64,000 nucleotides of DNA from Leptospiraceae bacterium (GTDB lineage Bacteria > Spirochaetota > Leptospiria > Leptospirales > Leptonemataceae): contig JAVJNR010000005.1 in the NCBI GenBank assembly GCA_040217195.1, positions 480,001-544,000 of the forward strand, written 5' to 3'. A model generated the notes under the pieces. The model worked only from the letters and a program-made list of their open reading frames with translations. It had not been told where the DNA came from and ran no database searches. The position numbers and the translations under genes are program-made. Numbering within the stretch: the stretch's first letter is position 1; each line of letters opens with the position of its first letter. Below, piece by piece: positions 30,179 through 39,700 of this stretch.

Positions 30179-30476
30179 ATCCCATTGATTCATTGTATTA
30201 ATCCGTTCTCCTGGCAAAATCAAGACATCACATTCTTTGATCCATTTGTTAATACATTCTATTGCTCTATTGATATTGCCTTTATCCTGACAAACCACAC
30301 TCGGATGGATATAAAGCTATCAAGACTCGCTGGAAACTGTTCTGATTGTTCCAGGTAGGCTCCCGCCATTTCAGTATTCTGTTTTTCATCAAGCCAGGCA
30401 AATAACTGAATATTCAGCCCTTGCCATTTGGAATGGCTGGTCTGCTTTTTGCGAACAACATCCTTCAAGGGATGAC

Positions 30477-32804
30477 TTACTCCATTCCCAGATGCCGCAT
30501 CTGGTACTGTAATTTTCCTCTGGAAATATGCAGGTATCGCGCTGCTTCGGACTTGTTTCCATCGCAATGATTTAGCGCTGCTTCTATCATTCTTCGGGAG
30601 TAAATGGCTATCTGCTCTTCAAATCCAGCTGCGGCCACAGACTCATTTCCATTGGCTCTAGGGGCTGCCGGAACCGAGATAGTTCGATTGGAAACTCGCA
30701 TGGACTCCGGCACATCACCGGCTTCAATGCGGTCTGAGTCCAGATTGGCCATAATTCGAATAATGCAATTTTCCAGCTCTCGAATGTTTCCAGGCCATTC
30801 ATATTCAACCATCATAGCCATGGCTTCATCGCTAAGCTCCGGACATTCCAGATCCATTTGATCAGAATATCGATTCAAGAAACCCTGAATCAGATGCGGA
30901 ATATCCGATCGGCGCTCTCTTAATGGAGGGATGCGTACTTCAAAAACATTGATTCTATAATATAGATCTTCGCGAAATGTACCATCTGCAACCATGGACT
31001 TCAAATCCCGGTGTGTAGCAAATATGATTCGACAGGTAGCCAGTAGCTCATCCCGGCCCCCCAGACGCTTGTATTTGCCTTCCTGCAGCAGACGCAGTAT
31101 CTTGGGCTGAATCTCCAGGGGCATTTCGCCAACTTCATCAAAGAACAGTGTTCCTCCATTCGCTTCTGCGACATGGCCGGCGTAGTCTGAACGTGCGTCC
31201 GTGAAGGCCCCCCGTACATGCCCAAATATCTGACTTTCCCAGAGGGTAATGGGCACCGCAGCACAGTTTATTGGAACGAACGGCCCGCCTTCTGGATGAC
31301 CTTCATGGTGCAAAAGGGCTGCGATGAGCTCCTTACCCGTTCCTGTCTCTCCGTTAATTAATACAGGTTGCCGACGCTGGGCAATTCGCTTCACTCGTTC
31401 CACTGCAGCATGCATGCTTCGGCTGGCATATATTAAACTCTTGTCGCCCAGCTTTCGCTCCTCTGGCGCTGCATCAAAAATAGAGTCCGACTCCAGAATG
31501 GTTCTTTCCAGGCTGGTGGTGTACTGCCTCAACTCGTCCCGGGCATCTCGAATGGATTTAACCATGGAATTGAATGCCTTTCCCAGTTGGCCCAGCTCAT
31601 CGCTTCCTTCTGCTCTTAGCTGAACACCCAGTTCCCCGCCCTGCACCTGATCCACGGCAGAAAGCAACGAATCCAGAGGCTTAAGCAAAGCCATTCGCAT
31701 AAAATACAAAAGACCGGCTGTCAAAATCAGGAATGATAATAACATGAGGCCCACCCATCCCAGTAGATAATCATGTATCAAAGACCGATAGGACAGATAG
31801 GGAAGTGCTATCTCAGTGTTTCTTTCCTGATTCCAGAACAATACCTCGGGATGCAAACCGGGAGGGCTATAGAAGCCCCAGTAAAGGGTCGCACTGTTTT
31901 GATTCGTGCGAAGATACTCATTGTTCCGTTCCCGGATTTCCCCGGCGTACAGCGCCTCATCAGGTGCAGACTGGCCCTGGTATTCAGCCAACAGGCGAAA
32001 CCCATTGTTCGCATATTCATTCTGGGCTGCAATATATAGTGAAGTAGTCATGATCTGGGCTGTACACAAGCCCAGGGCCAGAGCTACGGTGAGGATTCGC
32101 ATACTCAGGGAAACTCGAAAGTCCGCATAGGTCACAAAAAATACGAAGAAGAAGAAGAATCCCAGGGTTGCGAAGCCTGCCATGCCAATACTGAAACCGG
32201 CTGCATCCAGTGTACCTACGCGATAGAGTGCCAGCAAGACCATGGGAACGGTAAGCTGAAGCAAATAGGCCAGTATGGCACTGATTGCAGCCAGGAGCCT
32301 CTTTCCGCTCAGTCGAAAGGCCTGCCACAGGCCGGTAACCAGACAAAATAGATTAAGCGCAAGAAGAAGAATGGCCACACTCTTTCCTGCAGTTTCTGCT
32401 TTTAAATCCCAGAAATGGCCGGAAAGTCGGAAGAATAGTGGAGCATCGAAAGTCTCGAAAAAGAACACTACTGCAACGCCAACAGCCAGAATTATTTCAG
32501 TCAGAAAAATGGCTCTCTGATAACGCTGCAATCGACTGGTTTGAAATAGTAAGAAGAACTGATGAAAGAATATGATTGTGCTCAATGTACTTGGGACAGT
32601 GACCCAGCGATGGTACGCTCCCAGGTTTCTGGTCTCGGCAGAAGTGTAGACCACCGCCGCATAGAAGATAGCCATAGATAAGAAGGCAATCTCCAATGAA
32701 CGAAGGGCCGGTCCACGATTTCGAATCACCCGGCAATAGACCATGGCCACCACGCAAAAGAGCATTGCAATAGCGGTAGATAGTGTTATCGGCTGTAGAT
32801 ACAT
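30477..32804 (-). CDS. Membrane-anchored multi-TM/HAMP sigma54-dependent enhancer-binding protein (Fis-type HTH)
   Basis: N-terminal TMs, HAMP (DELGQLGKAFNSM), GETGTGKE, GAFTDA, FFDEV, FREDLYYRI, WPGNIREL, GNKSEAARYLHISR. Confidence 0.92.
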   Translation of the reverse strand: MYLQPITLSTAIAMLFCVVAMVYCRVIRNRGPALRSLEIAFLSMAIFYAAVVYTSAETRNLGAYHRWVTVPSTLSTIIFFHQFFLLFQTSRLQRYQRAIFLTEIILAVGVAVVFFFETFDAPLFFRLSGHFWDLKAETAGKSVAILLLALNLFCLVTGLWQAFRLSGKRLLAAISAILAYLLQLTVPMVLLALYRVGTLDAAGFSIGMAGFATLGFFFFFVFFVTYADFRVSLSMRILTVALALGLCTAQIMTTSLYIAAQNEYANNGFRLLAEYQGQSAPDEALYAGEIRERNNEYLRTNQNSATLYWGFYSPPGLHPEVLFWNQERNTEIALPYLSYRSLIHDYLLGWVGLMLLSFLILTAGLLYFMRMALLKPLDSLLSAVDQVQGGELGVQLRAEGSDELGQLGKAFNSMVKSIRDARDELRQYTTSLERTILESDSIFDAAPEERKLGDKSLIYASRSMHAAVERVKRIAQRRQPVLINGETGTGKELIAALLHHEGHPEGGPFVPINCAAVPITLWESQIFGHVRGAFTDARSDYAGHVAEANGGTLFFDEVGEMPLEIQPKILRLLQEGKYKRLGGRDELLATCRIIFATHRDLKSMVADGTFREDLYYRINVFEVRIPPLRERRSDIPHLIQGFLNRYSDQMDLECPELSDEAMAMMVEYEWPGNIRELENCIIRIMANLDSDRIEAGDVPESMRVSNRTISVPAAPRANGNESVAAAGFEEQIAIYSRRMIEAALNHCDGNKSEAARYLHISRGKLQYQMRHLGME

Positions 32805-32863
32805 TTTGACCTGGGTATTTTCCTTGAGCCTGTAGCTCCGGCAAGATTGAGCAACTGAAATTT

Positions 32864-32899
32864 AAAAAATCCCCGGACAACTCGGAGGGGTTGCCGGGG
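32864..32899 (-). terminator. Rho-independent terminator after the DUF3089 gene
   Basis: Minus strand reads CCCCGGCAAC...GTTGTCCGGGG followed by ATTTTTT. Confidence 0.6.
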
Positions 32900-32997
32900 T
32901 TCATTTAAAAGTTCATTCGCACCGACTGCAATCTGGTTTTGCCGACGGACTTATGCGGGTTGCCTGACCCTGTGGTCTTAAGAATACTCCATAAGAC

Positions 32998-34026
32998 TTA
33001 ACGAAGAAAGGACTGTAACCTCTGTTCGATATTGCGACGAATATCCATATAGAAAAGTGAGTAGTCCGCTACATGGTAGTTTTCCTTCTCTCCGCGTTTG
33101 GGACCGTATCCGGCTTCGTCAGGTACCTTTACCCATAGCATGTCACCCTGACAACGGGCACTGACCATGTTCCTGTCGGCCCGATCAAAATCAAAGTTAA
33201 TGGCTCCCAGATGAGACGATGGATCTACAGTTCTGTCATCCATAGCCCAGCTGATCGGATTTATACAGATACCATCCGTGTATCGGGTCGCTGGAATCGC
33301 GAAGTCCTCTGGTTTTGATCCCCATTTTTTGGAGTTCCAGGAAATGTAACATCCTGTATCAGTGGCGCTCATACATGGCTTCAGTCTCTTAAACCTATCT
33401 GGCTTAACAGCCCAACCTGGAAGATAGGCAGCAACAAAGTTCGGATTCTTATTTGAATCCAGGTACTCGGCCAGCACATCAATCAGCAACATGGAACCCT
33501 GGCTATGACCGGCCAGAAAGAACGGTCTACCGTTATTATGATGCTTTAAATAGTACTGAAAGGCCTTAAGAACATCTTCTCTGGCTACAGAAAAAGCCTG
33601 TCTGGAGTTCGAAGTATTGTCCACAAAGGAATAGAGGGTAGCCTGACGATATCGCGGAGCAAATACCCGGGCACTTCCGTTAAACACGGAAGCCTGCAAC
33701 TTTAATGGAGAAAGACCGTACACATTGACGCTTGCTGAGTATGGTGCATTCCAACCATCGGAGCTAAGATAGGTAGTGGGATGAACAAAGAAAACATCCG
33801 CCCGCGCAGTGGACTGAGAATTCTTCAAGTCAGTGTTTAAAGGAACATTGTCTGCATCATCTTCCATTTCGGGTAATGCAGCCCAGGCCTCTCTCTGTGA
33901 ATAGTCCGGAGCCTCCGGTACTGATTCCATCTGAAAATCAGAAGATGGCTCAATCCAGAATAGTAGCAAAGTGGTACATTGACCGAGTAACAATATTGAT
34001 AGAATCGGAATTATCCGTCGCAGCAT
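32998..34026 (-). CDS. DUF3089 family alpha/beta hydrolase, probable lipoprotein
   Basis: APDYS...WAALP, ADVFFVHPTTY, FAPRYRQA, GHSQG, CINP, YHVADYSLFY. ATG 34026 with GGGAGG RBS and LLGQC lipobox-like motif. Confidence 0.88.
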   Translation of the reverse strand: MLRRIIPILSILLLGQCTTLLLFWIEPSSDFQMESVPEAPDYSQREAWAALPEMEDDADNVPLNTDLKNSQSTARADVFFVHPTTYLSSDGWNAPYSASVNVYGLSPLKLQASVFNGSARVFAPRYRQATLYSFVDNTSNSRQAFSVAREDVLKAFQYYLKHHNNGRPFFLAGHSQGSMLLIDVLAEYLDSNKNPNFVAAYLPGWAVKPDRFKRLKPCMSATDTGCYISWNSKKWGSKPEDFAIPATRYTDGICINPISWAMDDRTVDPSSHLGAINFDFDRADRNMVSARCQGDMLWVKVPDEAGYGPKRGEKENYHVADYSLFYMDIRRNIEQRLQSFLR

Positions 34027-34074
34027 TTTATAACCTCCCGTTCCGCCTGAAGCTGGATACGTTATCCGATTGGA

Positions 34075-34090
34075 TGCAAAGATCATGCCT
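34075..34090 (-). promoter_or_regulatory. sigma54 (-24/-12) promoter for the DUF3089 gene
   Basis: Minus strand reads AGGCATGATCTTTGCA (GG-N10-GC with TTGCA), about 50 bp upstream of the ATG. Confidence 0.6.
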
Positions 34091-34163
34091 GGCAATGAAC
34101 CAGGGCATATGAGATTAAGATAGGTTTTAGACTGTTACAGTGGCGAAGACCGGGGCAATCAAC

Positions 34164-34209
34164 TGAAATCAATCGATTGCCCGGAGTAAGGCGATTGATT
34201 TCAATCAAT
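34164..34209. promoter_or_regulatory. Two-site enhancer-like motif B
   Basis: TGAAATCAATC (34164-34174), a 20-bp spacer, then TTGATTTCAATCAAT (34195-34209). These are the reverse complements of the motif A boxes. Confidence 0.65.
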
Positions 34210-34465
34210 ACCTTCCGATGCCCCTTTCAGGCATTTCACCAAATGATTACCCGGGTTTCAAATGGAAAAGGCTGGCTCCCTGTTTCCTGGCTGTTTGTTC
34301 CAGATGCCAGGATCGATAGTCCAGATTGCCTGTATCGGTAGTTTCGAGGCATTTTAGAGCAATCTAACACCGCACGGCTTCAGGGGGCTTCCTTCCCCGC
34401 CCAGGACTCACTCAGATTGCCGAATGCTCCACTTTATCTGCGAAGCCCACTCTTCTTACCAACGC

Positions 34466-34481
34466 TGGCATGCATATTGCT
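34466..34481 (+). promoter_or_regulatory. sigma54 (-24/-12) promoter for the PHA depolymerase gene
   Basis: TGGCATGCATATTGCT, a near-consensus TGGCAC-N5-TTGCW, 51 bp before ATG 34533. Confidence 0.75.
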
Positions 34482-34532
34482 TAGAAGTATCGGGCCCATA
34501 AAAATAAATCATGCGAGGGCCCGGGGGGAAAA

Positions 34533-35366
34533 ATGATCAAAACTATAAAAAACAAAACTCAATGGATGATAGTTCTGGCTGTGGCCGGCATCCTGAGTAC
34601 AGCAGGAACCCTGGAAGCTTCCAGATGCAGGACGTCTGGATGGTTCATAAAAACCACCAGTTGCACCTATCAGCAGACCAGGATCCAGGCAAGGCCAGGA
34701 ATCTATAGAGATGTAAGGTTTCAGGTTCCAGAAGGAAGCCCACCTCCAGGAGGGTGGCCGGTAGTAGTAATGTACCAGGGCTCATTCTTCCCGGTTGAGT
34801 TTTCCAGAAACCAGCTGGCACCATTCGGTGGATACTACGAAGTGAAGGTAATAGAAAAGCTACTGAACAATGGTTTTGCAGTTATCGCTCCAGATGCAGG
34901 TATCGATCTATTCTGGGAAACCAATCTTCCCGTCATCTATGAGTTCACTGCTGACTACATATTCTTGAACAATCTGTTCAATGCGATTCGCAGCGGTCAC
35001 TTTGGGCCTATCAATGACAACAAGAAGTTTGCCACCGGGATTTCTAGCGGCGGATACAATACAAGTCGAATGGCCGTCTCTTATCCGGGTGAATTCAAAG
35101 CTCTGGTTGTACAGTCCGGTTCCTATGCAACCTGTTCCGGACCTCTTTGCATTGTGCCTTCATCGCTTCCAAATGACCATCCACCTACCTATTTCCTGCA
35201 TGGTTTTCTGGATCTGGTAGTTCCGTGGTGGAGTATGGATCTGTACTACGATAGGCTTCGCTCAGAAGGGGTGCCCACGGGTAGATACACGGATTATACA
35301 GCGGACCATGAGTGGTTCTCTGCATCACCTGGAAAAGTGTATAGCTGGTTCAATCAGTACCGCTAA
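34533..35366 (+). CDS. phaZ: Extracellular medium-chain-length PHA depolymerase (Pseudomonas fluorescens GK13 PhaZ type)
   Basis: Signal peptide/ASRC, PPPGGWPVV..YQGSFF, PFGGYYE, lipase box GISSGGYNTSRMAVS, QSGSYATCSGPLC, HPPT.FLHG..D.VVPWWSMDLYYDRL and HEWF. These match the GK13-type PhaZ motifs from memory. Confidence 0.85.
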   Translation: MIKTIKNKTQWMIVLAVAGILSTAGTLEASRCRTSGWFIKTTSCTYQQTRIQARPGIYRDVRFQVPEGSPPPGGWPVVVMYQGSFFPVEFSRNQLAPFGGYYEVKVIEKLLNNGFAVIAPDAGIDLFWETNLPVIYEFTADYIFLNNLFNAIRSGHFGPINDNKKFATGISSGGYNTSRMAVSYPGEFKALVVQSGSYATCSGPLCIVPSSLPNDHPPTYFLHGFLDLVVPWWSMDLYYDRLRSEGVPTGRYTDYTADHEWFSASPGKVYSWFNQYR

Positions 35367-35381
35367 TTCCTTTCTCAATTG

Positions 35382-35411
35382 GACCTCTGTTCGCTCAGTT
35401 GAACAGAGGTC
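35382..35411 (+). terminator. Stem-loop/terminator after phaZ
   Basis: GACCTCTGTTC-8 nt-GAACAGAGGTC followed by TTT. Confidence 0.65.
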
Positions 35412-35435
35412 TTTACCTGCGTACGAGGGACTAAC

Positions 35436-35978
35436 ATGAACCTGGAAAAAATGAAATCAAGGCTGCCGAACTTAGAAATTCTCATCACCCCCGCTGCGAA
35501 TCATGGACCATGGAGTCCAGGTCGCAGAAAAAGCGAAATCCGGTCATCATTCATTAAATCGATAATTACAATACTGGCCTTTCTGCTACTGAGTTGTTCC
35601 GAAAAAGAGTCCAGCGAGCCCTGCAGTGGCGACCTGGATCCAGCTGCGCTATCAACGATTCAAGGACTCTGGGCCCCGGATGCCAGAAACCTTCCCGATG
35701 GACTCAACGAGCGCGGCCAGACTCAGCTTCTTAAGAGTCGTATTCAATTCAGCAAAGCTGGATATGGTTATCATGCGGACGGCCGCCCCATCCATAGAGT
35801 TCCACTCAGCGGTCTTTCCAGAGACGGAAAAACAGTACATGTCTTTCTCAGATCTGGAAACGGCCAATGCGAAGAAATGAAAATTGAACTTCTGGATAGA
35901 AATTCCATTCGCTTAATTCTTAGCGAAGATTATCCGGTCATTCGATATAAACGGGAAAAGAATCATGAAACGCTCTAA
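35436..35978 (+). CDS. Hypothetical protein, possible lipoprotein
   Basis: GAGGG RBS, hydrophobic stretch ending LLLSC, then an IQG.W lipocalin-like motif. True start uncertain. Confidence 0.5.
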   Translation: MNLEKMKSRLPNLEILITPAANHGPWSPGRRKSEIRSSFIKSIITILAFLLLSCSEKESSEPCSGDLDPAALSTIQGLWAPDARNLPDGLNERGQTQLLKSRIQFSKAGYGYHADGRPIHRVPLSGLSRDGKTVHVFLRSGNGQCEEMKIELLDRNSIRLILSEDYPVIRYKREKNHETL

Positions 35979-36600
35979 TATAATATTCCTTTCGATTTTT
36001 TCACTTAACCTGGCAGGACTGCTTCTTCTATTTCTATCCCCCTGCTCCATGGAGCCTGTGCAGGAACCCGACCAGGCGAGCTCGAATTATTCGGATTCCT
36101 ATTTGGCCGCTTCAGAGGAGAACACCTTGCCTGAAGTCTCAGAACCCGAGGAATCGAAGCAACCGGAGCAGGCAGAGCTTGCACTGTATGAGATGGATCT
36201 TCGAATTCTGGACATTCACAATAGCGCAATCGAACTATACAGGCAGCGAACGACTCTAATTCATGAATTGTTTCAGAATCAAAACGTTTCAAATAGCCTG
36301 GTTCCAGGTTCCCAACCGGAAAACCAGATTGCCATGCACCAGAGAATGGATGAGCTGCAAGCTCTGGCCAGCGCTAATGAGCTGAGTCGATTAGAACAGA
36401 TCGAATTTCTGGAGCTTCAAGTTCGAAAAAAGAAAGACCAACTTGCTATTCAGCGCCGAGTAGCCGGGCTTTATTCAGATCAAGCTCACCTGGGTCCGGA
36501 AGGCGATTATAAGAAACACATAAAAAATCTGGAGTCTGAGATCCAGCAACTGGAAGAAAAACTCAATCGAGTCCAGAGTTCCGGATATCGCATAGATTAA
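35965..36600 (+). CDS. Hypothetical membrane-anchored coiled-coil protein
   Basis: N-terminal hydrophobic anchor and E/Q/L-rich heptads. Overlaps the previous gene by 14 bp. Confidence 0.55.
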   Translation: MKRSNIIFLSIFSLNLAGLLLLFLSPCSMEPVQEPDQASSNYSDSYLAASEENTLPEVSEPEESKQPEQAELALYEMDLRILDIHNSAIELYRQRTTLIHELFQNQNVSNSLVPGSQPENQIAMHQRMDELQALASANELSRLEQIEFLELQVRKKKDQLAIQRRVAGLYSDQAHLGPEGDYKKHIKNLESEIQQLEEKLNRVQSSGYRID

Positions 36601-36719
36601 AATTACGTTTCCGGGCTGCAGGCAGCTGCAGCTTCGACAGCCCGAAACAGATCTGTGGCCCGGTACTCACTTCTGTCCTGCCCCTGTCCTGCGAACCAGT
36701 AAGGGTAACTCAGCTCCTT

Positions 36720-36767
36720 TCTGTATCATTCCTGCTTTTCTCTCATCTGTATCATTCATGCTTTTCT
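36720..36767. repeat. Two-copy 22-bp direct repeat
   Basis: TCTGTATCATTC(C/A)TGCTTTTCT at 36720-36741 and 36746-36767, with one mismatch. Confidence 0.75.
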
Positions 36768-36790
36768 ATCGTCGGTATGATTTTACCTGC

Positions 36791-39700
36791 TCATGAGTAA
36801 CTGGGCTCAATGGATTTTCTTTTCAGAAAGACGTCACCTTTCCATCTGGCAGTGCGATTCTCTGCGACATCGAAACCGCGAATAATGGAATCCCTCAGAT
36901 CTATAGCGTCGACCACTTCATCCAGAGCTCCACTTCCCAGGGCATCCTGGTCTGCCCGAAAACGAGCCCGGTAATCGTCTAGATACTCCGACCTGAGCTT
37001 TCGGGCTTCATGAATTCTTTCTTCGCGTAGTAGCTTCTGGTATTCCTTTTGTTTGAACAGTTCGAAGGCAGCTTCCGCTCCCATGACGGCCATAGTTGCA
37101 TCCCGAAGGGCAATAGAGTAAATGCCTGGTCTGAGGAATCGACTGAATGCATGAATCTGTCGGCCTCCATAATTCTGACGCAGAACCACCGATACGATGG
37201 GAATACTGGAAAGCACATTTACGTCCAGGGACTCCCCACCAATTTGCTGGATTCGCAGTCTTTCCTGTTGCGTTCCAGGTAAGAATCCGGGTGCATTGGA
37301 CAACATCAGCAATGGAAGACCCCGGACATCTATCCTTTCCACAAATTGACGAAACCTTTCTGTACCACGGGCATCCGGCACTCCACCCCGGACCGGCTGA
37401 TCTGCGATTATTGCGATGGACTTTCCATTTAGCCTGGCTGTGGCAGTAATCAGGTTCGGCTCAGGCCTGGAATCCTGCCAGAACATCAGGGTCCGGGAAT
37501 CCACAATACCGCGAAGTATTTCCTTCATATCAAATGGTTGCGATGCCTCGGGTAACTGAAGTTCCAATTCAGGTGGCGTCCCGGTTCGCATAGCAGACAA
37601 TGCATTTATTTCGCTGATTCGCATAAAAGCACTGAAAATGCTGCTCTCCTGAAAATCCGCCGGGCTTTCTGCTTCTATGTCAGGATCCTTATCAGGACTG
37701 ACCAGGATGATGGCCTCCGCATTCTGATTTAGAGCCACACGATTCAGGCCTTCCGGATCCAGCACCATATGGTATGTGGAGCTGCGAAGATTGGCACAGG
37801 TTCGCAGGAAATCCATCCTTGCCCGGATTCGCTCCGTAGCTTCCGTTTCCGGTCCAGGGCGATACCAGTGCTTGCCAAAAAAAAGGATTACTGGAAGGGC
37901 CAATCGATCCGCCGCTCTGAGAAGATCTCTGGCCTTATGGATGGCCGCAATAGATCGAATGCCAGCTTCTCCTGGACCCATGATCAAATACGGCTGACCT
38001 TGAATCCTACCCAGCCAGGCACCCAGAGCCCCCGCGGCGGAATAATTCTCCTTCAACGAGATCAACTCGCCGCCTGTGCAGAAATCCAACAATGCATGGG
38101 TAACATAGCTCCCGAACATAGAATCCGTTTGACCATTGTTTCTCAATGCAGCAGAATCCGGCAGCGAATACGATAATGACTTTTCCTTTTCTGGTTTTTC
38201 CGCGGTCCGCATCAGCCGATGAATTTTTCGAATCTCAAGTATTAACTCCGATTTGTCCCGCGCTATCCTATCAACTGTACCTGTAAATCCCATGACCGGA
38301 GCACCACCGATTTCGTAGTTCGTCAGATCTTCGCCGGTAACGCTACGAATTACATTGGATCCAGTCAGAACTCTAAAAGAACCCGGCTCATCGAGCATAA
38401 CCTGGATCGGGGCCTGGGAAGAGCCGTATACATCCAATCCAGTTGAAGAGCCCATACCTACGGCGGCCAGAAAGAAGGATTCTGGCTGGATTTTTCCATC
38501 GGATTCCACCATGGATTCCACATCTGAAAGAAGTTCATGAATTTCCGGATCCTGGATCTCTGTACACCTTCGAAAGTATTCATCGTATTTCGGACGGTTA
38601 GAGGTCAGTGCATTAAAGAAGAACCCCTCGGCAGCACGATTTAATGCAATCATACCTTCTTTAATATTAGCGCCTGCACCATCGTTCCAGATATAGATAG
38701 GGGTATCCGAGAGATAGGCATAATGCAAAGAGGCAACATACATCTGACCTTCCAGATTTCCCGTTGCGCCACCATTAACCCGCGAATCCTTGATGTAGAA
38801 TAGACAGTCCTGGTTATGCATTTCACCGGCAAACAACCTGCTCCCTATTCGCCTAAGCCGGTTCGGTAAATTGGCCTTCTGGTTTTCACCATCTAATTCC
38901 AGCATCGCTTCGAGACGAGGAAATCGAATTTCCCTGATCGTACCGGGGTCGAAGGTTTCTCGTGCCCAGATCTCTGGAGTCCACTTACCCTTTTCCAGCA
39001 ATCCACGTGTGGCATCGTCAATGTCCGCCGAACCATTCGGATGCACCGGGTCCTCTTCTGGAACCATTTCCAGCCGGGCCTGGCCATTCAGTGCAGAGAT
39101 TCGAAAGAGTCTGCGTTTTGTACTACCCGAATACTCCCTGGTTAAATAATCTGCGATTACTGAATCCACCGGAAGCGGCAAATAATGAACCACCAGCCTG
39201 CGAATCACTTTCATTATACTTTCGTATTGCGAATAGCCATGGATGGATCTAAAGTCCATGGCGGCAATCTGTCCATGCCCAAGTATATGTAACTTCCAGC
39301 GAACCGCTGGATAATCAGACTGCAACTTCTTTAGAGCTTTACTTGCAGACCTGGCAGCCCTTTCCAGATCCGGAATACCCGTATCGTCTCTTAAAACGGA
39401 TTCTGCATTGGTGGAATCATCGTCCAGCCAGACCATACAGTAGCCCGGCTTTCCCTGTTTATGAACATATGTGGCCACATTCCGATGTCCGGAGTCAATT
39501 CGCACCCAGTTCTGTTCATACCTGGAATGCTCTGCACCGGAGATATCCCTTTGATCCAGATCTTCCTTCACAGAATCCAGTTCCAGAAGACGTTCAATCT
39601 CCATGCGTACGAAATCTGGCCATTCAGGTTGCAGGTAATTCTGGATCTGATTTTCACTAATAGGAAGTTGACCAGGATCTAAAGACCGAGAAGATTCCAA

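Noticed and set aside
30259..30567. 102-aa minus-strand ORF after the bEBP
   Set aside because: It overlaps the bEBP 3' end in another frame and has no RBS or recognisable motif.
36720..36767. Possible CRISPR repeats
   Set aside because: Only two copies 4 bp apart, with no spacers and no cas genes.
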